A stretch of 64,000 nt of DNA from an uncultured bacterium (GCA_963801165.1 CAWDDT010000009.1:448001-512000), one strand, 5' to 3'. Shown: positions 7,550 through 17,207, counted from the stretch's first letter. Notes: generated from the sequence alone by a model not told the origin. Translations and numbers: made by a program.

Positions 7550-10434
7550 GCGTTGTCTCCCCGCCAGGCTGCGGTGAGGGCGGCGATTGTCATGCCCAGG
7601 TCGAAGTCCACCGCCCTGATAGTGACCTTCTCGGAGGCCGTCGTCTCTCCGATTCGTGCGGTCGGGTAGTTGCCCATCATCTGTTCGAACTGTGCGGCCA
7701 TCTCCGCGGGGACCTCGACGAGCAAGCGGCCGAGCGACTCGGAGAACGCGGTGGTGATCCCGCTGAGATCTCCCTCGATCGGCGCTCTGGCGAGGTCGAT
7801 GCTGGCACCAACGCCTCCGGCGATCGCCATCTCGGCAATGGCAACGGCGATACCGCCTTCGGAGACGTCGTGGCAGCTACGCACGAGCCCGTCGGCGATG
7901 GCCCGGTGCAGGGATCGGTAGCCGTCCGGAGCGTTGGGTACCGGTGCCGGAGCTTCGCCTCCGGCATTGCCCGCCCAGCCGGCGAGCGCCGAGCCGCCGA
8001 GGTGGTCTCCCGTCGCACCGATGATGTAGATCGGATTCCCCGCCTCCTTGAAGGCGCTGGTGACCGTCCTGGCGACGTCCGGCACGATGCCAACGCTGGA
8101 GATGACGAGCGTACCGGGGATTGTGTGCTTGTCCCCGTCGATGCCTGTGTACTCGTTGTTGAGGCTGTCCTTGCCCGAGATGAAAGGGGTTCCGTAGGCG
8201 ACCGCGGCGTCGTAGCAACCCTGGGTGCACCGGACAAGCGAGCCGAGCCGGTCGGGGATGTGCGGGTTTCCCCAGGAGAAGTTGTCGAGGATGGAGATCC
8301 GGTCGGGGTCGGCGCCCACGGCCACCACGTTGCGCACCGCCTCGTCGATGTTCGCCCACGCCATCCGGTAGGGGTCGACCGATCCGTAGGCGGGGTTGGT
8401 CCCGACTGCCAGAGCCGCTCCCGGTGTACCCGGGCCAATCTCGAGCGGCGTGACGACCGCGGCGTCACCGGGCCCGTATTCGCCGTTCCCGACGAGGGGC
8501 TTGACCACCGTGCCGCCCTGTACCTCGTGGTCGTAGCGGCGGAGGATGTCCTCCTTCGAATTGATGTTCGGGTGGGCGAGCAACGAGAGCAACGCCAGCA
8601 CGGGGTTGACGTCCTCGAGGCGTTCTCCGTCGACCACGGGCGGGCTCCAGGTTGCGTTAAGCCGCTGTCGGGGAATGCCGCCGTGCAAGAAACCGCAATC
8701 GAGCTCACCAACGGTGGAGCCATCGTTGAGGATGCTCAGGACACCATCTCCCGTGAACTCACCGAGCACGGTCATCTCGACATCGTGGGCCGCTGCCATG
8801 TCGGCCACCCGCGCCAGCTTGTCCTCGGGAACGGCGATCACCATCCGCTCCTGAGCCTCGCTCAGCCAGATTTCCCACGGCGCAAGACCGGGATACTTGA
8901 GCGGCACCCGGTCGAGATGGACCACGGCACCGAGCTTCTCGGCCATCTCCCCGACCGCAGATGACAGCCCGCCCGCACCGCAGTCGGTGATGGCGTTGTA
9001 GAGCCCTTCGTCGCGGGCGTCGATGAGCACGTCGAGCGTCTGCTTCTCGTGGATGGGATGGCCGATCTGCACCGCGCTCCCCGATACGTCACTCGTGGTG
9101 TGGTCGGACTCCATCGAGGAAAAGGTCGCTCCCCGCAGACCGTCGCGACCGGTGCGGCCACCGAGGACGACGATGCGGTCACCGTGCTGTGCGGCCGTCG
9201 GGTGCGAGCCTCTTGGCAGCGCGCCGAGACACCCGCAGAAGACGAGCGGGTTGGCTGTATATCCCGGGTCGTAGTAGACCGCCCCGCTCACCGTGGGAAT
9301 GCCCATCTTGTTGCCGTAATCCTCGATACCGGCGATGACCCCGGCCGCGATCCGTTTCGGGTGCAGCACCCCCGTGGGGAGTTCGTCGAACCGGGTATCG
9401 GCCGGTCCGAAGAACAGGACGTCGGTGTTGGCTATCGGCTTGGCACTGACCCCCATGACATCTCGAACCACACCGCCCACGCCGGTATTGGCGCCACCGA
9501 ACGGCTCGAGAGCCGATGGGTGATTGTGGGTCTCGACCTTGAATGCGATGTCGGTGGTGTCGTCGAGGGCGACGATCCCGGCGTCGTCAACGAAGGCCGA
9601 GTGCACCCAGGGGCGGGCCAATTCCTCGGTGGCCGCCCGGATGTGCTGGTTCAGGATCCCGTCGATGGTGACCGTCTCGATCGGCCCGGTCGCTCCCGGC
9701 GGTGGACCGGTATATGTGACCAGGGCGCGGAACGTCTTGTGGACGCAATGCTCGGACCAGGTCTGTGCGATCGTCTCCAACTCGAGGTCGGTCGCCTTCC
9801 GGTCGCCGAAGTGGGCTTGGATCGCCTCCATTTCGTCACCGTCGAGACTGAGCCGTCGCTCGTGGCTCAGGGCGATCAGCTCGTCACGGTCGAGCCCGGC
9901 GAGCGAGATGAGCTCCACGGCCGCGGGCGCGGCGACGGCGGCGCTGAAGGGTGGTGGTGCGGGAGCGTCGATGTGGTAGGTCTGGATGACCCCGTTTGCC
10001 AGTAGCGACGTGGCAATCCGCTCGACCGTGTCCCTGGTGAGCGCCTCACCGGTGATGACGTAACGCGTACCGGTGGCCGCCTGGTCGACACCGGCAAACC
10101 CGAGTTCGGCGACGCCTGCCATCAGGCTCTCGGCGGGAGAGTCAGTCACCCCTGGATGGAGCACCACCTCGACCGTGTAGGCCCCATCGCCGTACTCGAC
10201 GGTATCGAGCTCCAGGGGAAATCCGCGAGCGTCCTCGTTGATTACGTCGTGAAGCAGGGTTGCTGTCAAATCCGAGATGAGCTCGGGAGAGAGCTCACCG
10301 CTCAGGTAGTACCGGTCCCTGACCTCGACCCGCTCGACTCCCGATATGCCGAGCAGGTCGATTTGGGTCTCGAGGTTCTCGGCGCGTATGTCCCGAAAAC
10401 CCGGCTTGCTGGCAACTTCGACGCAGTAGTTCAT
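7546..10434 (-). CDS. purL: FGAM synthase PurL with N-terminal PurS-like extension (~960 aa)
   Basis: QTWSEHCVHK, KVETHNHPSALEPFGGANTGVGG, DCGAGG, SEAQERM, ISGKDSLNN, HDVSEGG; ~180-aa N-terminal PurS-like region. Confidence 0.96.
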   Translation of the reverse strand: MNYCVEVASKPGFRDIRAENLETQIDLLGISGVERVEVRDRYYLSGELSPELISDLTATLLHDVINEDARGFPLELDTVEYGDGAYTVEVVLHPGVTDSPAESLMAGVAELGFAGVDQAATGTRYVITGEALTRDTVERIATSLLANGVIQTYHIDAPAPPPFSAAVAAPAAVELISLAGLDRDELIALSHERRLSLDGDEMEAIQAHFGDRKATDLELETIAQTWSEHCVHKTFRALVTYTGPPPGATGPIETVTIDGILNQHIRAATEELARPWVHSAFVDDAGIVALDDTTDIAFKVETHNHPSALEPFGGANTGVGGVVRDVMGVSAKPIANTDVLFFGPADTRFDELPTGVLHPKRIAAGVIAGIEDYGNKMGIPTVSGAVYYDPGYTANPLVFCGCLGALPRGSHPTAAQHGDRIVVLGGRTGRDGLRGATFSSMESDHTTSDVSGSAVQIGHPIHEKQTLDVLIDARDEGLYNAITDCGAGGLSSAVGEMAEKLGAVVHLDRVPLKYPGLAPWEIWLSEAQERMVIAVPEDKLARVADMAAAHDVEMTVLGEFTGDGVLSILNDGSTVGELDCGFLHGGIPRQRLNATWSPPVVDGERLEDVNPVLALLSLLAHPNINSKEDILRRYDHEVQGGTVVKPLVGNGEYGPGDAAVVTPLEIGPGTPGAALAVGTNPAYGSVDPYRMAWANIDEAVRNVVAVGADPDRISILDNFSWGNPHIPDRLGSLVRCTQGCYDAAVAYGTPFISGKDSLNNEYTGIDGDKHTIPGTLVISSVGIVPDVARTVTSAFKEAGNPIYIIGATGDHLGGSALAGWAGNAGGEAPAPVPNAPDGYRSLHRAIADGLVRSCHDVSEGGIAVAIAEMAIAGGVGASIDLARAPIEGDLSGITTAFSESLGRLLVEVPAEMAAQFEQMMGNYPTARIGETTASEKVTIRAVDFDLGMTIAALTAAWRGDNA

Positions 10435-10596
10435 GCCCCGGTCTCTGCGGAAGATCGCAGTTTGGCAGCGGCCCGGTGCTGTGTCTCGCACTACGTCGTG
10501 GTTTCCCCTAAGCCGCGAAATCTTTTCTTAGATTGCCACCTACAGTGCTCGACCGACCACTATATTGATTTGTGTCGACGTTGTCGATGCCATACT

Positions 10597-10724
10597 CGGA
10601 AGGGCTCCCAGCTCTTTCCGGGGGACACGACCTTACGGTCGGGAATACGGTGGTTTTCGGGGGAAAACGTGTTCCAGGAAGTAGGGCGGCTCATCCTGGT
10701 AGGGGGAGATAGCCGCCCTACTTC
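10597..10724. ncRNA. Candidate structured RNA / terminator cluster between the sulfurtransferase gene and the pur operon
   Basis: Hairpin at 10597-10620; multibranch fold GGGACACG/CGTGTTCC enclosing CGACC/GGTCG and GTTTTC/GAAAAC; perfect 14-bp stem 10678-10691/10711-10724. Confidence 0.4.
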
Positions 10725-10739
10725 TACGTCCGGGGCCTC

Positions 10740-11552
10740 TCAGGGTGCGACTTCACCACCCGAGGTGCACCAATCGCTCCACGACCCCGGGTAGAGGAGA
10801 ACCCCGGCCCGGCCGGCGATCTCCATCGCCAGGATGTTGCTGCAGGCCGTCACCCCGCTTCCGCAGTAGCACACGATCGGGTTCCGGCTGGTCAAAGCCG
10901 CAAACCGCTCCGTCAGGTCGCCGACCGGGAGAAACCGCCCGGTTTCGTCCGTGTTCCCCTGATACGGGATGTTGACCGATCCGGGGATATGGCCCGCCAC
11001 CGGGTCAATAGGCTCGACCTCGCCCCGGTGGCGAGCCGCCGCACGTGAGTCGAGGAGGAGCAGGTGGTCACGACCTGCGACGATCGCTTCGCGATCAATG
11101 GTGCCCGACCACGTGCCGCCGATCGCGGTCTCTGCCGGCGGCCACGGCAGCACCTCAGCTGTGATCGAGCGACGTTCCCGTTCCCAGGCCGCCCATCCGC
11201 CGTCGAGAACGAAGGCGTCACGATGACCGAGCGAGCGCAGCATCCACCACATCCTCGCGGCCATGGAGCTGTCGCCCTGGTCGTACACGACGACGGTGTG
11301 CTCAATTCCGATGCCCACCCGTCGCATGTCTTCGGCGAACGCCGCCGCCCCGGGGAGCGGATGGCGTCCCGCACCGGGGGTCGCGGTCAGGTCCCGGTCC
11401 AGCGAGAAGTACAGGGCGCCCGGGATGTGACCGGCGCGGTACTCGTCTTCGCCTCGGGCGGATTCGGCGAGATAGAAGCGGCAGTCCGCGACCCGCAGGC
11501 TCTCGGAATGCAACCTGGTGCCCAGCCACTCGGTCGATACGAGCGGTCCCAA
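10740..11552 (-). CDS. Two-domain sulfurtransferase (rhodanese/SseA family)
   Basis: GHIPGA, GRHPLP, LDGG, GHIPGS, YCGSGVTAC, YPGSWSDW. Confidence 0.95.
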   Translation of the reverse strand: MGPLVSTEWLGTRLHSESLRVADCRFYLAESARGEDEYRAGHIPGALYFSLDRDLTATPGAGRHPLPGAAAFAEDMRRVGIGIEHTVVVYDQGDSSMAARMWWMLRSLGHRDAFVLDGGWAAWERERRSITAEVLPWPPAETAIGGTWSGTIDREAIVAGRDHLLLLDSRAAARHRGEVEPIDPVAGHIPGSVNIPYQGNTDETGRFLPVGDLTERFAALTSRNPIVCYCGSGVTACSNILAMEIAGRAGVLLYPGSWSDWCTSGGEVAP

Positions 11553-11558
11553 CGCGCC

Positions 11559-13040
11559 CTACCGTCTCCAGCCGAACATGACCCGGGCCAGCCTGGTCCA
11601 GTACCGGGGGCGTGGGCCGCGGGGGAGCCATGCCCCGAGCAGCCTCGTGGTCGGTTTGAACCGGGCGGAGGTGATCGTCCGCGGGATCGCAAACGCCTTG
11701 ATGCCCTCTGATCCCATCTGGCCACCGTTTCCTGAGTCGCCTATCCCGCCGAGGATGAGGCTGGGGAAGAAGAAGTTGATCACGTGGTCGTTGACGGCCA
11801 CCGATCCGGTCTTCATACGAGCCGCCACCGCGGCTCCGTGTCTGCGGTTTCCGGTCCACACCGAGCCGTGGAGCCCGTAGCGCGAGTCGTTGGCCTTCTC
11901 CAGCCCCTCCGCCTCGTCGGCGACACGCATGACCGGCACGATCGGGCCGAATGTTTCTTCGGTCATCAGCTTCATGGAATGGGTGACGTCGGTCATCAGG
12001 GTTGGTTGAAAGTAGATGCCGTGTTCAGTCTCTACCCGGGAACCGCCGCAGAGGATCGTGGCGCCCTGATTGACCGCGTCTGCGACATGGTCCTCGATGA
12101 TGTCGATTTGCGCCGGGTTGATGAGTGGTCCGATGTCGGTGCGGTCACCGGTGGCCACCGTGAGCTTGCGGATCGCCTTCTCCGCCTCGGTCATGAACTC
12201 GTCGTAGATTTCGGAGACGACGTAGACCCGTTCGATACCAACACACATCTGCCCGGCGTTGAACACGCCGAAGCTGACGGCGCCCCTGGCGGCTTGTTTG
12301 ATGTTGGCGTCCGCCAGCACGATCTGGGCGTCTTTGCCCCCGAGCTCCAATATCACCGGCTTCAGCCTGGCTGCGGCCGCAGCGCCGATCTTCTTGCCGA
12401 CGGCGGTTGATCCGGTGAAGGCGATGATGTCGGTCTCGGCGTCCACCAGGGCAGCTCCGGTGGCGCCGTCGCCGTGGATGACCTGGACGACGTTGTCGGG
12501 GATGCCGGCCTCTGCGGCGAGATCCTGGATCAGCTGACCGGTCAGCGGGGTGATCTCGGAAGGCTTGATGACCGCAGTGCACCCGGCCGCCAGAGCCTCG
12601 ATGACCGAGAGAAGGGGAAGAAAGAACGGGTAGTTCCACGGGGAGATGATCCCGGCCACCCCCCGCGGGTGATATTCGGTCCAGCCTTCGGTGGTGAGAA
12701 ACGGCCATAGCGCCCCCCGCTTAGGACGGAGCAGACGGGCCGCGTTGTGGGCGTAGAAGTCGAGAACTGTGAGCGCCGCCAGCACTTCGGCGTGGACATC
12801 GCTGCGGTGCTTCCCGGTCTCGGAGATCATCACATCCGCGATGCGATCCATCGATCGAAGCACGTGCTTGGCGAAGCCGCGGAGGTAGGGAGCACGCTCG
12901 GCATGACTCATCGCTCCCCACGTGGTGAATGCCGTCCGGGACCGCGCCACCGCGTCGGCTACGCCATCGGGCTCGGTGATCGGTACCGATCCCGCCTGGT
13001 CGCCGGTGAGCGGGCTGTGGGGGGTCAGCCAGCGGGTCAT
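11559..13040 (-). CDS. Aldehyde dehydrogenase family protein
   Basis: ISPWNYP, KPSE, FTGST, LELGGK, NAGQMC, EETFGP; start taken at ATG 13040. Confidence 0.95.
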   Translation of the reverse strand: MTRWLTPHSPLTGDQAGSVPITEPDGVADAVARSRTAFTTWGAMSHAERAPYLRGFAKHVLRSMDRIADVMISETGKHRSDVHAEVLAALTVLDFYAHNAARLLRPKRGALWPFLTTEGWTEYHPRGVAGIISPWNYPFFLPLLSVIEALAAGCTAVIKPSEITPLTGQLIQDLAAEAGIPDNVVQVIHGDGATGAALVDAETDIIAFTGSTAVGKKIGAAAAARLKPVILELGGKDAQIVLADANIKQAARGAVSFGVFNAGQMCVGIERVYVVSEIYDEFMTEAEKAIRKLTVATGDRTDIGPLINPAQIDIIEDHVADAVNQGATILCGGSRVETEHGIYFQPTLMTDVTHSMKLMTEETFGPIVPVMRVADEAEGLEKANDSRYGLHGSVWTGNRRHGAAVAARMKTGSVAVNDHVINFFFPSLILGGIGDSGNGGQMGSEGIKAFAIPRTITSARFKPTTRLLGAWLPRGPRPRYWTRLARVMFGWRR

Positions 13041-13561
13041 GTCGGTTGTGCCATCGGGTTGGCGGCGATGAGTGTCGCCGGCGCCGCGGCGGCCTCCCAG
13101 GGTCGAGCGACCGAGTGCCAGGCGAGCGCCACCACCAATATCGGGATTCCGAGCGGGGCGTCTATGTCGACCTTGTTGTAGGAGACGAGCGAGCCGGTGA
13201 TTCTGGCCACCGGGGTGCCACCCACCGTTATGTGCCAGCGCCGGGGGCGGGGATCGCTGACCAGCTGATATACCCATCGTTGCGAGGTGATCTCCCAGCG
13301 TCTCCCGAACCACGAGGTTCGGGTGATCCTGGCTAACTCGGTTCCTTTCGCATCGAGAGCGACAACCACGGAGTGCTCGTGTGGTGCGAGCACCGCCTCC
13401 TCTCCGTCGGGCATGTAGATCCGGGAGATATGAAGACGGCCGATACGGCGCATGGTGGCGACCTCGCTGCCGTTGTGAAGGAGTCGCCAGCGGCTGGACA
13501 TGAACGGGCTGCGCAGCTCGGCTGCGCCGTAGACCGTCCCGAACAAGCCTCGATCTGCCAT
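13037..13561 (-). CDS. Hypothetical protein (possibly LURP1/scramblase-like beta fold)
   Basis: ORF translationally coupled (ATGA) to the ALDH gene; repeated beta-strand pattern; start uncertain. Confidence 0.6.
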   Translation of the reverse strand: MADRGLFGTVYGAAELRSPFMSSRWRLLHNGSEVATMRRIGRLHISRIYMPDGEEAVLAPHEHSVVVALDAKGTELARITRTSWFGRRWEITSQRWVYQLVSDPRPRRWHITVGGTPVARITGSLVSYNKVDIDAPLGIPILVVALAWHSVARPWEAAAAPATLIAANPMAQPT

Positions 13562-13616
13562 GACCTGAACGGTAGTACGTCCACCGACACGGTGGCGGGC
13601 GGTATCGTCGGGGTCC

Positions 13617-14486
13617 ATGAAGCTGCATCTGATGGACGGGACCTACGAGCTGTTCCGTTCGCATTTCGGGTCGCCGACCCGCACCAGCCCGTCCGGCCAG
13701 GAGGTCGGCGGCGTCTACGGGATCGTCGCCTCGACCCTGTCTCTTCTGAGCGAGTCCGGCGTGACACATCTGGCCGCCGCCTTCGACACCGTCATCGAGT
13801 CGTTCCGCAACGAGGTGTATGACGGCTACAAGACGGGCGCCGGTGTCGAGGAAGTCCTTCTGGCCCAGTTTCCTCTTGCCGAGCGAGCCCTAGAGGCGAT
13901 CGGCGTGAAGGTGTGGCCGATGGTCGAGTTCGAGGCGGACGATGCGCTGGCAACTGCCGCCTGGCGCTGGGTGAGCGCGGTCGACCAGGTGGTGGTGCTG
14001 ACCCCGGACAAGGACCTCGCCCAGTGTTACGGGAACCCCAAGATCGTCGGCTACGACCGGCGCAGGCAGGCCTTCATCGACCATGACGCGGTTGTGGCTA
14101 AGTTCGGCGTTTACCCGGACTCGATACCCGACTATCTGTCACTGGTCGGGGACTCGGCCGACGGCTTTCCCGGTCTGCCGGGGTGGGGCGCCAAGTCGGC
14201 CGGCACGGTGCTGCAGCGCTACGTGCACCTGGAGAACATCCCGCTCGAGGCATCACGATGGGACGTCACGGTGCGAAGCGCCGACAAGCTCGCCACCACC
14301 CTGCGCACCCGGATGGGCGACGCTCTGTTGTTCCGGTTCCTGGCCCAGCTCCGCCCCGATGTTCCTCTCAGCGACGAGCTGGAGGATCTCGAGTGGCGCG
14401 GCGCCCACCGTGAGGCATTCACCGAGCTGTGCGACGAGCTTGGTTTCGGTGGGCTCCGCAACCGCCCGGAGAAGTGGCAGGACTAA
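13617..14486 (+). CDS. Stand-alone 5'-3' exonuclease / flap endonuclease
   Basis: DGTYELFR, AFD, SFRNE.Y.GYK, FEADD, DKD, LVGDSADGFPGLPGWGAK (H3TH). Confidence 0.94.
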   Translation: MKLHLMDGTYELFRSHFGSPTRTSPSGQEVGGVYGIVASTLSLLSESGVTHLAAAFDTVIESFRNEVYDGYKTGAGVEEVLLAQFPLAERALEAIGVKVWPMVEFEADDALATAAWRWVSAVDQVVVLTPDKDLAQCYGNPKIVGYDRRRQAFIDHDAVVAKFGVYPDSIPDYLSLVGDSADGFPGLPGWGAKSAGTVLQRYVHLENIPLEASRWDVTVRSADKLATTLRTRMGDALLFRFLAQLRPDVPLSDELEDLEWRGAHREAFTELCDELGFGGLRNRPEKWQD

Positions 14487-14537
14487 CGCTTCTAGCGTCC
14501 AATCTGGCGAGATATTGCCTCTGCAGACGCCCAGAAG
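14487..14537. repeat. REP-like imperfect palindrome, copy A
   Basis: CGCTTCTAGCGTCCAA...GACGCCCAGAAG; 15/16 identical to the reverse complement of 17910-17925. Confidence 0.6.
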
Positions 14538-14589
14538 ACTCTGCCAACTGCTACTCAAAGTGCTCGTGTTCTTGCCGATACAGGTGAGC

Positions 14590-17139
14590 ATGATCCATCT
14601 CGCTGTGCGTCGTGTGGGGGGCGCAGCCCTCTTTGCGCTCGTGGTCGGGCTGTGGTGGGGGCAGGCCGCCGCGGCGGCCGTTGCCGGGGAGCAAGCTGAC
14701 GATCAGGTGCAAGTTCAGCCCGTCGTCGTCGACGGCGGTGTCGACTGCGGGAGCACCGATGCCGTCGATCAGCTCCAGTGTCATGATCCCGCCTCACCGC
14801 ACTACGACATCGTCATCACCGAGATCATGCAGAATCCATCGATGGTGTGGGATTCGGTCGGGGAGTGGTTCGAGGTATACAACGCCGGCTCGTCTTCGGT
14901 TGACCTCTCCGGCTGGACCATAACGGACGAGCTAAACAACAAGCACGTCATCTCCGGCCCGCTCATCATCGAGCCGGGTGCCTACCTCGTCTTCGGGCGC
15001 AACACCAACAGTTCGGTCAACGGCGGGGTTGCCGTGGACTACGGGACCGGCACGGACATCTTCCTGTTCAACAGCTCGGACCGGCTGGTGCTTCTCGATG
15101 CCGCAGGCAACGAGGTGGACCGAGTCGCCTGGGACGATGGAGCCACCTTCCCCGACCCCAACGGTGCCTCGATGTCGCTCGCCGCCACGGGCAACGACAA
15201 CTCCGTGGGAGCCAACTGGTGCACGTCGACCACCGTCTTCGGCGACGGTGACCTCGGCACGCCCGGCGGGCCCAACACGTGCGCTACCGGCACAAAAGTT
15301 GTCATCACCGAGATCATGCAGAACCCCAACGCCGTTCCCGACTCCCGCGGCGACTGGTTCGAGATCTACAACCCAAACGACTCTGCCGTGGACCTCTCCG
15401 GCTGGACCATCAAAGACGACGATATCGACAGGCACACCATCACCGGCCCGTTGGTCGTCGCCCCACACGAATATGCGGTGATCGGCCGCAACGGTGACCC
15501 GGGCGCCAACGGGGGAGTCCCGGTCGATTACGTGACAGGCTCCGACATCCTGTTCCACAACAACTTCGACGAGCTGAACCTCATCGACCCGGCCGGGGTG
15601 CGGGTCGATCGGGTGGTCTGGGACGATGGGCGTACTTTCCCCGACCCGACCGGGGCCTCGATGTCCCTCATGGATGCCGGTGCCGACAACAACATCGGAT
15701 CCAACTGGTGCCGGTCGACGACCCCGTTCGGGGACGGCGATCTCGGAACTCCGGGAGCGGCCAACACCTGTACCGAGCCGGCCCCGCAGCCGCCTATGGC
15801 TCGTCTGGAGATCACCGAGATCATGGCCGATCCGGCCGCGGTCATCGACAACGACGGCGAGTGGTTCGAGATCTACAACCACGAGGCGCACGACGTCGAT
15901 ATCAACGGGTGGACGATCCGCGACTTCGACACCAACGTGCACGTCATCGAGAACGGGGGCCCGCTCGTGATCCCGGCGTACCGCTACCTCGTCCTCGGTC
16001 GCAACGCCGACATGGCGACCAACGGTGGCGTTCCCGTCGACTACGCATACGGGACCGCGATGGTGCTGTACAACGCCGCCGACGAGGTGGTCATCGTCGA
16101 TCCCAACGGGGCCATCGTCGATCAGGTTGCCTACGACGACGGCAAGACCTTCCCGGACCCGGAGGGGGCGGCGATCGCGGTCGAGAACCTGGCTCTGCGC
16201 AACGACGTCGGGCAGCATTGGTGTGTGGCCAACACCCCGTATGGTGCCGGTGACGCCGGTACGCCGGGAGCACCCAACTCGTGCGGGCCGGGCACCCCGA
16301 TCGCACCGCTGGTGATCAACGAGATCATGCAGAACCCGGCGACCGTCCCCGACTCGGTTGGCGAGTGGTTCGAGCTCTACAACCCGACCGAGGATGCGGT
16401 CGACATCGATGGGTGGATCATCCGCGACGACGACTACAACCGTCACGTCATCAACAACGGCGGCCCGTTGCTCATCGGACCTCACGGCTACCTGGCGATG
16501 GGGCGCCAGGGATCGATCTGGGCCAACGGAGGCGTGTCGCTCGACTACGCATACGGCACGGGGATGGTGCTGTACAACGGATCGGACGAGATCGTTCTGG
16601 TCGACTCCAACTACATCGAGGTGGATCGGGTCGAGTGGGACGACGGGGCCACGTTCCCCGATCCGGTCGGCGCATCGATGAGCCTGATCGACCCAACTGC
16701 GGACAACTCCGCCGGCGGAAACTGGTGTGTTTCCGGTGGCGGCTATGGCTCGGGAGAGCGGGGAACACCGGGGGAGCCCAACCGGTGTGCACCGACGTGC
16801 TATCCCGGCGGGCTGTCCGTCACCGTGACCGCTACCCCGGACACGTTGTGGCCGCCAAACGGCAAGCTGGTCGGGGTGACGACGAACGTCGTGATCGCCG
16901 ATGAGGAGCCGGGCACGCTCGTGCGGCTCGTCGACGTGGTCTCCAGCGAGGACGACCCGTATTCGAACCGCTACCCCGACATAGTCATCATCGACGACTA
17001 CACCTTCGAGCTGCGCGCCGAGCGCTACGGGTACGGTGAGGGCCGGGTGTACACGATCACCTACGAGGTGATCACCCCATGTGGTGAGAGCGAGCAGTTC
17101 TCGACAACGGTGTCCGTCGCCCACGATCAAGGCGGTTAG
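14590..17139 (+). CDS. Secreted protein with four tandem lamin-tail domains and a C-terminal LWPPN-motif Ig-like domain
   Basis: Signal-peptide-like N-terminus; 4x I(T/N)EIM.(N/D)P..GEWFE.YN..VD..GWTI..GTPG..N.C; C-terminal LWPPNGK..LRAER.G.G.GRVYTITY. Confidence 0.88.
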   Translation: MIHLAVRRVGGAALFALVVGLWWGQAAAAAVAGEQADDQVQVQPVVVDGGVDCGSTDAVDQLQCHDPASPHYDIVITEIMQNPSMVWDSVGEWFEVYNAGSSSVDLSGWTITDELNNKHVISGPLIIEPGAYLVFGRNTNSSVNGGVAVDYGTGTDIFLFNSSDRLVLLDAAGNEVDRVAWDDGATFPDPNGASMSLAATGNDNSVGANWCTSTTVFGDGDLGTPGGPNTCATGTKVVITEIMQNPNAVPDSRGDWFEIYNPNDSAVDLSGWTIKDDDIDRHTITGPLVVAPHEYAVIGRNGDPGANGGVPVDYVTGSDILFHNNFDELNLIDPAGVRVDRVVWDDGRTFPDPTGASMSLMDAGADNNIGSNWCRSTTPFGDGDLGTPGAANTCTEPAPQPPMARLEITEIMADPAAVIDNDGEWFEIYNHEAHDVDINGWTIRDFDTNVHVIENGGPLVIPAYRYLVLGRNADMATNGGVPVDYAYGTAMVLYNAADEVVIVDPNGAIVDQVAYDDGKTFPDPEGAAIAVENLALRNDVGQHWCVANTPYGAGDAGTPGAPNSCGPGTPIAPLVINEIMQNPATVPDSVGEWFELYNPTEDAVDIDGWIIRDDDYNRHVINNGGPLLIGPHGYLAMGRQGSIWANGGVSLDYAYGTGMVLYNGSDEIVLVDSNYIEVDRVEWDDGATFPDPVGASMSLIDPTADNSAGGNWCVSGGGYGSGERGTPGEPNRCAPTCYPGGLSVTVTATPDTLWPPNGKLVGVTTNVVIADEEPGTLVRLVDVVSSEDDPYSNRYPDIVIIDDYTFELRAERYGYGEGRVYTITYEVITPCGESEQFSTTVSVAHDQGG

Positions 17140-17181
17140 CCGGCCGTTCCGGTGCGTTTCGGGTCGACTATGTAGGCAACG

Positions 17182-17201
17182 ATACATCTGATATGTATGA
17201 T
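17182..17201 (+). promoter_or_regulatory. vapBC operator palindrome overlapping the -10 box (leaderless promoter)
   Basis: ATACAT-N5-ATGTAT inverted repeat; TATGAT 6 nt before the GTG start. Confidence 0.6.
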
Positions 17202-17207
17202 TGTTCT

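Noticed and set aside
10435-10600. Known purine, ZTP or PRPP riboswitch in the purL leader
   Set aside because: No consensus nucleotides recognisable by eye; needs cmscan.
11559-13769. 736-aa extended ALDH ORF, and long upstream extensions of purC, glgX, LTD, ybdK and the ABC permease
   Set aside because: Extensions overlap genuine upstream genes; internal starts with RBS or 4-bp overlaps fit better.
14932-17187. 751-aa antisense ORF (also 28766-30790, 2296-3885, 55028-56356 and similar)
   Set aside because: Shadow ORFs of real genes in high-GC DNA; no recognisable motifs.
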